This document shows positions 35,880 to 49,900 of a stretch of DNA of 64,000 bases, piece after piece (within the stretch, counting starts at the first letter, position 1; every line of letters begins with the position of its first letter). A program made the position numbers and the translations under genes. Where the stretch lies: NCBI GenBank assembly GCA_004431415.1, contig QPMI01000057.1:62001-126000 (forward strand). The letters are read 5' to 3'. The notes under the pieces were generated by a model. The model searched no databases, was not told the origin of the DNA, and saw only the letters and a program-made list of their open reading frames with translations. The DNA comes from Cyanophora paradoxa CCMP329 (lineage: Eukaryota; Plantae; Glaucophyta).

Positions 35880-38800
35880 ATGGAGCCGGCTGTGCAAAGC
35901 GATCTGCGACTGCCGGACGATGCCACCACCCAGGACGCGACGACTCTCAATTCGCTAGAAGGAGACGCCGCCCAGAGCAGCCCGCGGCTGCAGACTGAGA
36001 GCGTCGACGATGCCGACTCCGACGCTTCCGAGAAGGAGTTGAGGCGTTCCATAGCACGGCATATCAGCGCAAATCAGCTGGCGAAGCTGGAGGACGTGAT
36101 GCGGAGCGGGGCAAGGGCTGATTTCACCGGTGGGTTGTCGCGGCGCTCAGCGCGGGTAGCGGTTTGCTGATCCGCCCGTGATTTCGCAGTCGAAGGCGAT
36201 CAGGAGGCTTCGCCAGTGCTGCTGTTCGCGCTGCGCAAGGCAAATCTGGATGCCGCAAGGCCCGTGTCCTGCCTCGGCGGTTGCAATTCGTGCGCGCTGA
36301 ACTCGCGGTCTCGGCAGGACGCTGCTTTTTGGGAAACCTGACGGCGATGTTGGTGACCCTCTTCGATGCAAGCTCGACGCCACAGACGCTCGCGGCATCA
36401 CGGCCCTCATGGTGCGCTCTTGCATCCGGTTTTGCGCAGCATCACTAACACAGCATGTACCAGTACGCGTGCGCAAGCGGGCTATACGAGTTCGCGGAGC
36501 TGCTGGTAGCGCTGGGGGCGAACCTGGCGTTGAAGGACCACGAGGGCCAGAATGCCCTCTTCCATGCGTTCATCAATCGGAAGGGCGAGGATTCGCTTGC
36601 CTTTTTCAAGCGCCTCTGCACGAAAGCGGCGCTGCTGCGGGTGCCGGATCCCGACGACGAGGTGCCCGTGGACAAGCTCTTGCTGGACCACGCCGAGCGC
36701 AACCGCCGTATGACTGTCCTCATGCTCGCATCCGCCGCCGGCGCCTACGCCTACGCCGAGTTCACACCGCCCCGCCCCGCATGGCGATTGCGCCCTCAAT
36801 TCGAGACGCAGGGTGCTTGTCTGGAAGGGTGCCAACGTGCACGCCCGTGACGGCAACGGCGAGTCGGTCCGTCGCCCAGCACGCGGAACCCTTGTCGCGT
36901 GGCGCTGAAGGCGGGAGGGCGCAGGCTCCATTTCACGCGCTCAACAGCCAGGATCACTTTGAAAAGCTTCTCGAGTAGGGCCATGCCGCCGCAGCCGCCA
37001 GAGGCGGGCGCCGACGCAAGGGCGCAGGCTCTTCTACACGCCGGATGGGTACCTGCGGCTACACCAGCGGGATCGCAAGGGCGTCGACAAGCTGCTGCCC
37101 ATGATGGAGGTCGAGGCGCGCCTCACCCCTCCCCCCACGGCCCGGGCATCTCCTCACCGATGTGCAGGAGGAACTGCGACCCGCCAAGTGGCCTGTCATG
37201 CATATCAAGTGCGGCCCGGGGATCGTTGGGCCTTTGCCGGCTGGCGGCCGAGCATTGCTGATGGCGCGGTAGGTATGCATTGAACGACAACTACCAGTCT
37301 CTCCTCTCCTATGCCGTCCGCAACCGTGCGCCCAGCTCCGCGCCGTACGATCCCGGCAAACACCGCCGCAGGCAAGGTCGATCAGGCCCGGATGCTGCTG
37401 GACAGGCGCGTGGGACATGGAAGGGCGGGGGCGGCGGGCTTCTGATCCCGCAGGGCAGGTACCAGCTTGACCCGGATTTCCACGACCGAGACGGACGGAC
37501 GCCGCTGGTGTACGCCGCGCAGAACGCGAACGAGCACGGCCTCATGCTCGTGCGGTGCGATTCGTGGGGCGGACTGGCTTGTCCCTCGCCGACGGGCCTG
37601 CAGCATGCTCCTGCAGCCGGACACGTACCGCGAGAAGGTTCCCGCCAAGGACGATGACGGTGTGCCGATCCTCGAGAAAGACGGGACGCCAAAAATGGTG
37701 GACGAAGTGAAGACCCGGTGGAAGACGGCGGACACCAAGAAGCGCGACTTGTGCGCCTCCTGCCGCCTGCCGCCCGCCGCCGCCAGCTGACGGGCCGCAG
37801 CTTCGGGGTTACCGCGCTGCAGGTCGCCCTCGAGAACCAGAACATTGCCTGCGCCCGTGAGCTTCTTGGCGGCGGCGGTGAGGGTGGGCCTACTGCTGGC
37901 ATTGACCCAGCTATGCAGGGTGCGGCCTCTAGCCCGCCTCTGTACATGTTGCCTCCTGAACTCATCCACAGATATCCTTCGTACCATCGTGTACCCTGGG
38001 TGGGCGGCAATCCTTAGCCTTGTCGCGCCGAGTCAGCTGAGCGGCGACGCAGGGGCAAGACGCCGCTGATGAACTGCGTGGGGAAGGAGGGGGCCCTGGG
38101 TCTCACCAAGGAGCTCCTGAACGCCCGTGTAGACGTCAACGCCAGTACGTACACGCGCACCCGGCGACCCTCACGTCGCGCGGGCTGAAGGCGGGCGCGT
38201 AGGAGACGTGAATGGGCGGACGGCGCTGATGTACGTTGCGGTGCGTGGCGATCTTGAGGACCAGAACTACGAGGAGTCACGCACCACCCGCTCCCTCGTC
38301 AACGCCTCAGTCAAGGTCTACGACCGCGACTGCGACGGCCGCACTGTCTGCCCCGCCCTGCCCCGCCCGCCCCATGCCGCCGCTGACATAAGTGTAGGCG
38401 CTGCATTTCGCGGCGTTCAACATGGTGAAGAGGCAGGAGTTCAAGGGGGCGGAGTTCCTTACGACGCGCATTGACGTGATCAAGGAGCTCGTGACGACGG
38501 CCCGCGACCTCCCCGGCGTCCTGGACGACTCGGACCGCCCGCCCCTCACCTACGGTCCGACCCTGCCCCGCCCCGCCCGCCGCCGACGTGGGCATCACAC
38601 TCGCTCCTCCAGCAATCTTCTGCCGACCGGGACGCGGCCGGCCGGCGCTCCCTGACTACGCGGCCATGGCGGCGGCGGTGACGGAGGCGCGCGGGGCGGC
38701 CAAGGCGGAGGAGGCAGCGTCGCAACGGGCGCTGCCGGCGGCCGAGGGCTCCCTCGAGGCCATAGCCGCCGAGCTGCACGCACGGCACCCCGAGGGCCGC

Positions 38801-41800
38801 CTCGCCCGGCGCTCCAGCTCCGTCGCCAAGGTCGCCTCCATCCCCGACCGCGTCCTCCTCTCCCGCGCCGGCGCGCCACGCCCCCGCAAAATCCCCGCTG
38901 CGGCCCCCGATTCGCGACGCAGGGTTCGACGTGGAGGCGCTGCCGGCAGACTTTGACGCGGCCAAAGCCCTGCGCGCTGCCGACGAGGAGCGTGCTCGTG
39001 TGCGGTGGATGATGGAGCGCGGCATCGCCCTCCTTCTTCATCTCGACCTCACCCGCGTCAAGCGGGCCGACGGAAGCGTCGACCCCAAGGCCGACGTGCG
39101 CGGCGCCATGCAATGGACCGTCGACTTCCGCGACGCGGTCGGCCTGTCGCCCCTGATGTGGTGCGCTGCCGCCACGTCGCGCGTCGCGCTCGCGCCGCCT
39201 TTTCGCGCTCCCGCTGCCTTTTCCGGCGCTGAGCGGCGGCGGCAGGGCGGCCTTCACGGACTTTGCGGACCCGGCTGTCTACGGCCGCGAGTGCCTCGAG
39301 TGCGCAACACCCACCGCCTCCCCCCCCCCCCCCCCCCCCCCCCCCCCGCCCTTCGCCACCGCCGCTCCGCCTTAAGGACCTGCAGCCTGCTGCTCCTCTG
39401 CTCGAAGAACGCGGACATGAAACGCTTCCTCGACGCGGTGCGTGGCGCGTGACGCGCGCGCTCGGGGTCCTGCGGGGGGCGAGGCGGGTCGCAGCCGCGG
39501 GAGCACGAGATCGAGCTCGACGAGGAGAAACAACCCACATTCCAGCCAGGAGAGCCCGAGTTCCTCGGCCTCGTCGAGTACTTCGCCTCCTTCGACCCTA
39601 TCGTCAACTGTCCGCCGCCAGACCCCCCCCCCCCCCCCCCCCCCCCCCTCCCTTCCCGGCCCGCCTCGCTGACCGGCCAATCGCAGACCGAAAGATCGTC
39701 CGTGTCTGCCGGCTCCCTGTCCACTGTGCTCTCCTCTTTTCCCGGGCTTTTCGCGAACGAGCGAACCAGGACGAGGCGGGCACCCGTTCCCCATGCATTT
39801 TTCCCCAGGCAGCTGGCGGGTGCCTAATGGGCGTGCAGGTGCGCAATGCGGAGTTCAGCGAGCTGGCTGACCAGGCGGTGGAGCTCGCCTTCGAGTGCGC
39901 TCGCCGTGCATATCCCTTGCCGCCCCACGTGAGACGGCCGCGCAGGCTTCTCGACGAGAAGTACCAGGAGCCAGACTTTCACGACAAGCTCCGTGACTTC
40001 TTCGAGGCGCCGCACATTGGTGCCCGCCGCCGCGCCGCGCCTGCAGCTGTCCCTTACCTCCCGCCCCGCAGTCTCCCTCGAGCACAAGCGCCTCCTTGCC
40101 GAGCGACGGGCTGCCTACTCAGCGCAGCACGGGGCATCTGCCTGCGACGATATGTTTTCCGGGCCGGCAGCCTCGAGCCGTGAGGACGAGAAGTCCGGCC
40201 TCCTTCCGTCCTCTCTGACCTCTTCTGGCCGCGGCGGCCCGGCCTCTCCGAGGGTGCTCGGGGGCCCCAACCCGGCTCTCGCTGCTGGGCCTCACGCTGC
40301 CCGCAGCCAGGGGCCGTCCGCATGCCTGCGCCAAAGCGGGAGAGCCTCATCGACATCGCGCAGTCGATCGGATCTCGCGCTGGCAAGTGGATGGTGCGCG
40401 AGGCCGCGTGGCATTGCACGCCTGCTCCCTTCGGGGACCGCGCCGAGGCGGCACACGCAGGCGCATCCGGCAACGAAGGCGTATCTGCGGGTGAAGTGGG
40501 CTGGGGAGATGGCCCCCGGGGAGTCTACCCTCGGCTTTGTGTTTTTGCGACCCTTCGACGGGATCCTCACGCAGTCCGCGTACTATGCGGAGGAGCGCTA
40601 CAACGTGTTTGAGGGAAGCGTGCCAAACCGACCGGCCTCGTTCTTTGCCACGGCCCGTGGCAAGTTCGCCATGGAGTTCCTCTTCTATTTGTCCTTCATC
40701 GTCTTCTATACGCTTGGTGCTGCCCCTCCCCGCCCGCTGCCTGCGCCGCCGCGCGACCAACCCGTGCGGGGCTGCAGCTATTAACAATCAGACTGTCCAC
40801 ATGAACCTCTACGACCTGGTGCGGCCCCCGCATCGCGAGCGTGGCACAGGCATGCGAGGCAGCGGGCGCAGCTGCTCGGAATCATGGTGGCGGGCTTTGT
40901 GGCAGCCGAGGGAGGGCAGCTTATAGAGGAGCGCTTCGAGTACTTCAAGTCCCCGTTCGCCCCGCCCCCACCCCTTCTGCACCGCTTCCTCGCCCGCGGC
41001 TTCTTCCGACCCGCCACCGCCAGATGGAACCTATCTGACGTCACAATGATGGGGGTCCGTGGGTCTACAGGCTATTTGGACTCTACCCGGGTCTCAACCG
41101 CTCGCGCCGCAGATTTTCCTTGCCTACTACCTGCTACGGACATATGCCCAGATACACGTCCGCCGGCCCCGGGATGCCCCTGCCCGCCCATCGCACCTGA
41201 CACCCGCGGCAGCCGGGATGGTCATCAGCGGACTGGAACGTGATGGCGTACCGGGTGCTGGCACCGAATGCGATTCTCCTCTGGACGCGCCTCCTAAATA
41301 CCTGCGACCTACACCCCGACCTTGGCGTCAGCACCGCCCTGTCCCGCCTCTTCTCGCTTCGCCCGCTACTTACACTGGTCGCTTGCTTCCACCCCACAGC
41401 CACTACTCGTGATCATCAAGGGGGTGTGCGAATCGAGGCGCTACTGGGCGCGCGGGGCCCTCACCATGGCTACAGATGATGACGGACTTCTTTGTGTTCA
41501 TCGTGGTGCTCGCCCTGGTGCTGCTGGGCTTCGCGCAGACGATCCACGTTTTCATGGAGCCCATCCTCTCCCCCGACAACAACCTCGCACTCTCCGACTC
41601 TATGTGCGTGGTGGCCCTCGCCACCGCCTCCCCTGTCCCCCCTGGCACGGGCACCTGACGTGCTTGCAGCATCATGATGTTCCGGGCGGTCCTGGGGGGC
41701 GACTTCTACGAGCAGGTGCAAGAGGCGTTCCCTGCATGGGGTCCACTCTTCTACTTCGTTTTTGTCATCCTCACCACTGTCATGCTCCTCAACCTCCTGA

Positions 41801-44800
41801 TTGCCGTGCGGACCCCGTCGGTCCCTTCTCCATGCCCCCGGCCTGACGCCTCCCGTCAGCTCTTTGGTGGCACCTACGGCCGCATCACCGACAATGCCCG
41901 TGCGATATCCCCTCGTCCGGCTGGAGCCCTTTGGTCCGGCAGGGCCTGAGGCGGGGGTTTGGGGCGCAGAGAACGAGTTCCAGTTCGGGCGAGCGACAAC
42001 TTACCTCTCGTTCGTCCAGCGCGACTACGTACCACCGCCCTTCAACCTTGTTGCCAAGGCCTTCTCCATTGTTGGCGCCCTCCCTGTCTTCTGCTTCGGG
42101 CGCTCCTGCCGTGCTGGTGCCTGCGAGCGCCTTGGCAACCGTGTTGCGTCGATCGCCTTCCTCTTCTGCCTGGCTCCCTTCGCCGTCGTCCTCTACATCC
42201 CTGTCACCGTGTACGAGCGTCTTGCCGGTGAGAAAGCACGTGCACTCGAGGACGAGGAGGCAGCTGGCGGGGCCCGTGAGGGCGCTGCTGCGGACACAGA
42301 CGCGGAGGAGGACGACTTCACAATCGTGCTGTACGAGGGTGAGGGGGAGGAGGAGGGGGAGGAGGGCTGGCAGCAGGTGCACCGCCTAAACCGCACAATG
42401 CAGCGCGAAGTGCGGAACAGCCTTGGCCTCATTGAGGCACGTCTTACGGGCCTTGAGCGCCGTGTCGAGGCCAGCAAGGATCCCCAGAAGAGCCACGCAC
42501 GGCCAGCCCTTGCCGCCCCACGGATCGCCAATGACGGAACCCTGCTTGGCCCACTTGAGCCGCCGGAGCCGCCGCCACCGGAGCCGACAGAGCATGAAAT
42601 TGTGCTCGGAGAACTGGCAAAGTTGCAGGGAAACCTCGACGCCTTTGTGGCTTCCCTCTCGCAGCGCTCGGAAGGGGAGATGGAGGACGTGCGCCGGCAG
42701 GTGCAGCGTGCATCCCAAATGGACGTCATCCTCGACAAGAAGCTCGCTGCCCTCACCGAGGCCGTCACTGCACTCCTCGCGCGGGGCGAGCATCACGCCG
42801 ACACAGCCCTTGCTGCAGCACGCGCAGCTATCGAGCGCCGTGTAGAGGACCGTGTTGCTGGCGTTGAGGCGACCCTTGCACAGCAGGGGGCCGAGCTTGC
42901 GCAGGCCAGCGGCGCCCTTGGTGTCAAAATCAACGGTGTGGAGCTCCGTCTGCAGCAGCGCATGCAGGAGGTCGCCACTGTGCTTGACGGCCACCTCCAT
43001 GAGCGTACCCGTGTGCGTCTCTACGTCCTGTGCGGCTGTTGAACGCTTGCTGAGTCGCCTCGCTGCAGAGCCTCGAAGCTTCTCTCACCCGTCATCTCTC
43101 TGCCATTCTTGCATCCATTACTGGCACCAGCATCCTTCCCGATTCCGGCCTAGAGGCGAGCGCACAGCTTCCAAAGAGCACTGCTACCACTGGCATCACT
43201 GCCGCCGACCCCCCATCAGTGGAGCTTGAGCTCGCTGCGGCGGCGGCTGGCGTCCGAACCCTGCCCGAGGTTAAGAAGCCCCCTGCGGAGGCGGCAAAGG
43301 CAGAGACTGCTTCGGGCAAGACTGGCAGCAAGCGAAAGGGTGCTGCTGCTGGTTCCGCCGGGGGGCCCACTCCCTTGGCTGCCGTGCTGGCCACAGCTGA
43401 GACGTATCCAGCATCTGCTGGCATCCCCGTGGCCACTTCTGCATCAACCGAGCCTCCAGCTGCAGTGCCTCGGGCCCTCTCGCGGGCTGTGTCGGCAGCA
43501 TCTGGTACTGGGGCAACGCTGGAGGAGCGGTTGACAGCGCAAATATCGTTGATTGCCGCTCATGTGGCCAGTGTCGAGGAGGACACCAGGGCGAATGTAA
43601 GGGAGACACGGCGCGTCCTTGAGGACCGCCTTGCTAGCCTTGCAGCTACGCTGACTGGCGGTGCCGAGGAGGAGCATGCACAAGAGTCACCTCCGCCTGC
43701 TGCTGCGGGCTCCACTGCGGCCGCCACTGTGGTGGGCAAGTGGAAGGCAGCAGTTGGAACTTCCACTCTGGAAGACCGTCTTGCCAAGAAAATCCTTCTT
43801 GTCGCGCAGACTGTTGCCAAGAACGACGAGCAGATGAAGCAGCAGGTTGCCGAGACGACTCGCACCCTGGAGAAGCGCCTGACGGAGCTTGCATCCACGT
43901 TGACGGGCAGCATCAGCGAGACCAAGCAGGCGATCAGCGAGACCAAGCAGGAGACTGAGAAGCGCCTGTCGACAACGTCGAGTGGCATGGAGAAGAAAAC
44001 GCAGGCCTTGCAGGAGTCGATGTCGGCAGCGACTTCAGGCCTGGAGTCGAAGGTGGCCATGGCGACGTCCACCCTGGAGCAGCGTTTGTCTCAGCAGATT
44101 GTTGCTGTCGCCCAGTCCATCGCGAAGACGGAGGAGCAGATGAAGCAGCAGGTTGCCGAGACGACTCGCACCATTGAGGGGCGCCTGACGGAGCTTGCGT
44201 CCACGTTGACGGGCAGCATCAGCGAGACCAAGCAGGCGATCAGCGAGACCAAGCAGGAGACTGAGAAGCGCCTGTCGACAACGTCGAGTGGCATGGAGAA
44301 GAAGACACAGGCCTTGCAGGAGTCGATGTCGGCAGCGACTTCAGGCCTGGAGTCGAAGGTGGCCATGGCGACGTCCACCCTGGAGCAGCGTTTGTCTCAG
44401 CAGATTGTTGCTGTCGCCCAGTCCATCGCGAAGACGGAGGAGCAGATGAAGCAGCAGGTTGCCGAGACGACTCGCACCATTGAGGGGCGCCTGACGGAGC
44501 TTGCGTCCACGTTGACGGGCAGCATCAGCGAGACCAAGCAGGCGATCAGCGAGACCAAGCAGGAGACTGAGAAGCGCCTGTCGACAACGTCGAGTGGCAT
44601 GGAGAAGAAGACGCAGGCCTTGCAGGAGTCGATGTCGGCAGCGACTTCAGGCCTGGAGTCGAAGGTGGCCATGGCGACGTCCACCCTGGAGCAGCGTTTG
44701 TCTCAGCAGATTGTTGCTGTCGCCCAGTCCATCGCGAAGACGGAGGAGCAACTCAAGCAGCAGGTTACTGAGACGACTCGCACCATTGAGGGGCGCCTGA

Positions 44801-46307
44801 CGGAGCTCGCGTCCACGTTGACGGGCAGCATCAGCGAGACCAAGCAGGCGATCAGCGAGACCAAGCAGGAGACTGAGAAGCGCCTGTCGACAACGTCGAG
44901 TGGCATGGAGAAGAAGACACAGGCCTTGCAGGAGTCGATGTCGGCAGCGACTTCAGGCCTGGAGTCGAAGGTGGCCATGGCGACGTCCACCCTGGAGCAG
45001 CGTTTGTCTCAGCAGATTGTTGCTGTTGCTCAGTCCGTCGCGAAGACGGAGGAGCAGATGAAGCAGCAGGTCACTGAGACGACTCGCGCTATCGAGAAGC
45101 GTCTCACGGAGCTCGCATTTGCATTGACTGGCAGCATCAGCGAGACCAAGCAGGCCATAAGCGAGTCCAAGCAGGAGACTGAGAAGCGCCTGTCGACATC
45201 GTCGAGTGGCATGGAGAAGAAGACGCAGGCCTTGCAGGAGTCAATGTCAGCAGCGACTTCAACTTTGGAGCAGCGCCTGTCCCAAGCGATCGCTGCAGTG
45301 GCAAGCTCGGTGCAGGATGCCACCTCGACTCTCAACACTGCGGTCTCACGCCTGGATGCCGAGTCTCAGCGTCGCCTTGCGGACACCACGCGGGTCAGTC
45401 TTGCCCCATTTTCATTTCTTGGGAGAAGTTTTTTGCCCATAATATCGTTGGGCAGGACATGGAAAGTCGAATTTCGAAGCAGTTAGAGGGTGTAATTGCA
45501 TCGCTGGCAAGAGGAGAGGCGACACAGCAGACACGAATTGCTGCCGTGCAGGAGGCCCTTACTCGGGAGGTTCGTGCTGTGCAGGATGCCCTTGCGGACC
45601 ATGCCCGTGCCGTTGCCGATGCAACTGCCCGTGGAGCCGATGCGGCCGATGCGCGCATTTCCTCGGTCCAGGCGAGCCTCTTCTCTTCTTTGCTCGGCTC
45701 ATTTTTGCTCAAGTGCTTTGCAGGAGGGCCTCTCCGTGCAGCTCGCGGGTGTTGCTGGTCAGTTGGCGCAGCATGCTCAGGCAGTGGCAGCATCGCTGGC
45801 ACGAGGCGATGCTGAGACTGCTGGAATGGTGGAGCAGCTCTCGGGCCTGGCCAGCATGGTGCGCGAACAGGCGGTCCATCTCGACTTCCTCCGCGATCGA
45901 GTGGAGCAAATTGTGTGCCATGTCGTGCCTTCCCGCCCCCACTGCCTGCCAGGCTTACCTCCAGCAGGCAAAGCTGCAGTCCACACTCGATGACTACTGG
46001 GTGGCACACCCCAGCGGCGCCAGCCAGCGAACTGGTGCCCCAGGAAGCCATGTCTCTCCACAGACCATCACTGCCCTTGTGCATATGTCCTTTTTGGTAT
46101 ACCCAGATCCTGCTCTTACACAACCGCTCAGATGTCCTCCATCTCAACAAGCCTTGCAGACGTGAAGGCTCAAATTGCTCTTAAGAGGGCCAGCACCCTG
46201 CCCCCTTCATCCACACCACACACAGATGCTTGAATATCATTGGCAGAGACTGTGTTCCTAACTTGACAACTACAGTATTTGCAGCAGAGCATGTGTTCTT
46301 ACCTTGA
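35880..46307 (+). CDS. Ankyrin-repeat TRP-family cation channel with a long repetitive coiled-coil C-terminal tail
   Basis: Ankyrin motifs (DARGITALM, DHEGQNALFHA, DRDGRTPLVYAA, NGRTALMYVA). Channel-domain segments LGPLLVII, FFVFIVVLALVLLGFA, MFRAVLG and FVILTTVMLLNLLIA. TRP box-like ENEFQFGR followed by VPPPFNL. The 3' end and the continuity of the tail are inferred. Confidence 0.8.
43760..45290 (+). repeat. Coding tandem repeat, 306-bp (102-aa) unit, about 5 copies
   Basis: Equivalent positions at 44072, 44378, 44684 and 44990; unit TSTLEQRLSQQIVAVAQSIAKTEEQMKQQVAETTRTIEGRLTELAS... Confidence 0.97.
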
Positions 46308-46587
46308 CAACTACAGTCACACTCCCCACGTGGGGCCTCTGCGGGGCCTCTGTGGCTGTGTCATACCCAGTCTTGCTGGCGTGGATGTGTCTACTGCTTT
46401 CTCTCTCTCTCTCAGAGTCTCTCTCTCTCTCTCTCTACAGTATTCGCACACTGACACCACGGCATTGGGTCAAAATGTATTGACTTCTGGACTAAGTTGC
46501 AGCCACCACAGTTTAAAAATTAGATGATCCAAATCGAAGTCCGTCTGAGCCCCTTGGAACCAACCTTGATCATAAGGTAGCGAGAGA

Positions 46588-46742
46588 GCATTTGGACACT
46601 TACTAAAAGAGCAAGTCCGGGCTACAATGACAGTGGGCCCAGCTCACCAGCGAGCTGGCCCGGGGCCGGCCGGGCCCTGCATGGCCCCTACTTGATGCTA
46701 GCTTTGGATCTGGACCCGAGCAGACAGTGCGCATCAAAATGC
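46588..46742 (+). mobile_element. Family A/B element, short copy with both ends
   Basis: GCATTTGGACACTTACTAAAAGAGCAAGTCCGGGCTACAA...GGGCCCAGCTCACCAGCGAGCTGGCC...TCAAAATGC. Confidence 0.7.
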
Positions 46743-46979
46743 ATCTACTCTCTCAGAATCTCCCAAAACGCATCCACTCTCTAAAGGTCCCGGGGGACAG
46801 CGAGTGGGAGGGAGGGGCAGCAGCTGCAGGTTGGAAGGGGGGAGAAGTGGGGAAAGTGTTAGCCTAGTATGGGACCCCCGACAGCAAGCTAGTTGTAATC
46901 GCAATCGCGCTAGTTGCAATCGAAATCACATGCCACAGATGTACTGCCAGTTAGCAGGACATGTCACGTCAAGCGCAAA

Positions 46980-49900
46980 TTAGACACTCGAAGTTGCTAG
47001 ACGTGGGCCAGTGCCATCAGCTGCCCAAATCTATGCCCAAAGGGGTTAAATCCTGGAAAGGTTGATGCAAAATTGGGCGATCATCACCTGGAGCAGATCC
47101 GTGTTTGCGCCCTCAGTCATCAGAGCCAATGCGGTCGCACAAATGTGCGAGGCGTTGAGGCCGGCCTCCTCGTACTGATCCCGAGGGTTGCCATGTTCAA
47201 TGAACTGATCCGGAATGACCATAGGGCGGAACTACGAGACCTTTGTGAGGACGATTCCCTAACAGATGAAGGGTACAGGTACCTTAAGACCAGAGTCAAG
47301 GAGGCCCTCAAGCGCCAGGAAATGCATCACTTGGGAAGAGAATCCTCCGATGGAGTTCTCCTCGACTGTAATCAGGATCTCATGCTCCATGGCCAGTTGC
47401 CGTATTAAAGCATTGTCGATGGGCTTTGCAAAGCGTGCATCGGCTACAGTCGGTTTGATGCCCGTCCGCTCCTCGATGGACTTTGCAGCGGCCTCGCATT
47501 CACTCAGCCGTGTTCCTGGTGCAGAATGTTCGCAGATGTGCACAAACGATCACAGAGATCGTCTTACCGATCGAGAGTAGTGCGACTTTACTTCCTTCCT
47601 GGATGATGCGCCCCTTCCCGATTGGAAGGACTGTACCCTTGGCAGGAAGCTCCTTGCCGGTACTGTTACCACGCGGGAAGCGAACAGCGGATGCTTTGTC
47701 ATCAATGGACGCAGCAGTCGCGACCATGTGCATCAGTTCCTGCAAAAAATCTGAATGCGGGAGATTCACTGGGTGTCATGGAAAAAATCATGGTTCACAC
47801 CACTTCATCCGAGGGCGCCATAATAACAATGTTCGGAAGAGAGCACAGGTATGTCAAATCAAAGGTTCCATGGTGAGTAGCACCATCAGCGCCCACCAGT
47901 CCAGCACGATCAAGAATGAAGCGGACAGGGAGATTCTGCAGGACCACGTCGTGCACAACCTACAGAGTGTGTGCCATCATGACCCTGAAGCTAAGTTACG
48001 AATGCGAGATAGAGAACCTGATCATAACCACGCTGCAGGAAGGTGGAGTAGATGGTACAGAATGCCTTGTAGCCTTCACAAGCCAGGCCAGCACAGAACG
48101 TCACTGCATGCTGCTCTGCAATGCCAACATCGAAGCAGCGATCGGGAAACTCCTTCGCAAAAATGTCTAGGCCAGTGCCTCCAGGCATTGCGGCAGTGAT
48201 CGCAACGATGCGGCTGCAGACAGAGTGACACTTGCCACGTGAGATAAATTTCTGACCAACGCAAGAACCGATTACCTGTCTTCTTCTGCCTCGGCAATAA
48301 GTGCCTCTGCAAATACTCGTGTGTAGCTCGGAGGGCTGTTTGCCGGAGGCTTGAACTGCTTTCCGGTCCTTGGATCGAACTTGACAACTCCATGGTATTT
48401 GTCAGAAGCAAGCTCAGCTGGACGATAGCCATGACCCTTCTCCGTGACTGTTCGATCTTCTGTAAGTGTTTGCACATTCGAAGGCTGAGGGGCTTCGACG
48501 CACTGACGTGAAGCATAACGGGCCCCTTCGATTTGCGATCCCTCAAATTTTGGAGAATAGGCACAAGACTCGAGATGTCGTGACCATCTACACAAGAAGG
48601 GTAAGAATATGTGGGCAAACTTCCACTGAATGTTCTCACCAACAGGTCCGATGTAATAAAACCCAAGTTCCTCGAACATGGTCCCTCCGGTAAACAATCC
48701 CCGCGCGTACTCGTCCGCCTTGGCAGCGGCTTCCTGCCAGTACAGGAATTGGATGGTCGTGGGTACAGGCGCAGGGGAGTTGACCGAACCTGCAGAGGAG
48801 CAGGGAAAAGCTTTGATATGCTCTTTGCGGTGCTCCGAATTTCATCAAAAGGCGTGCTCGAGAGGATCCGGGTGAGATAGTTGCTCAGCGCGCCAACAGG
48901 GGCACTGCCGCCAGCCATGGGGGTACCCTGACTAGCAATTTAAACAGAGCTATGCAGCTCATCTGGAAGACACAAACCGTGGGAAGTGACACTTGATTGT
49001 TGTCGTTCAGAATTACGATCATGTTCGTGTCGAGGTAGCCTGCATGGTTGATTGCTTCATACACCATGCCGCCAGTCATGGCACCATCGCCGACGACCTG
49101 GAAGAGGCAGCACCATAAGAGTAAAAGGAGATCCGATGGCATGGAGCTTACGGCGATGACGTTGTTGTTATGGCCTGCGAGATCCCGCCCAACGGCCATT
49201 CCGAGGCCGGCAGAGACAGCGGTACAAGCATGGCCAGCTCCGAAAGCATCGTAGGGGCTTTCGAACCGATTCGTGAATCCTGGGGGTGCATCAAAGAGTT
49301 GCTAGGGGATACGACGGGGCACGACACGTACCAGCCAAGCCACCGCCCTGCCGAAGAGAGCGCATGCGCTCCCTCCTTCCCGTGAGAATTTTATGCGGAT
49401 AGCACTGATGACCAACGTCCCTGCGCGTCGCGGAAAGAAATAGAGAAGGTCAGCGAGGGATCCGTGAGAAGGAAGATTCGACATTGGACGCAAACCATAT
49501 CAGACGGTCATGCGGAGTGTCGAACACGTGATGCAGAGCAACCGTGAGCTCTACAACACCCAGGCCAGCACCGAGGTGGCCACCTAGGAGCGCGTAAGCG
49601 CGTGCGCTCTGCGATGCGGCGCGTTGCGATGCAGCGAGTTCCAAAAAGCGAACCCGTTTTTGAAACAGCATAGATAGTCTCTTCGCGCAGCTCATTCGAA
49701 AGCTGGATTAGCTGAGGCATGGTCAAGTGCTTCATGTCCTTCGGCTGTTTAACCTTGTCTAGCAATGGCGTCTTGGGCTTCCACTCTGCACCCTCCTCGG
49801 CGCGAATATTTGTGGAAACAGACGCTGGCTGCCGGCGGGCAGGACCGTTAATTTGGCGCGCATGCTGCGGCGCGAGCGCGCGCGTGCCTGGCTCGGCACA

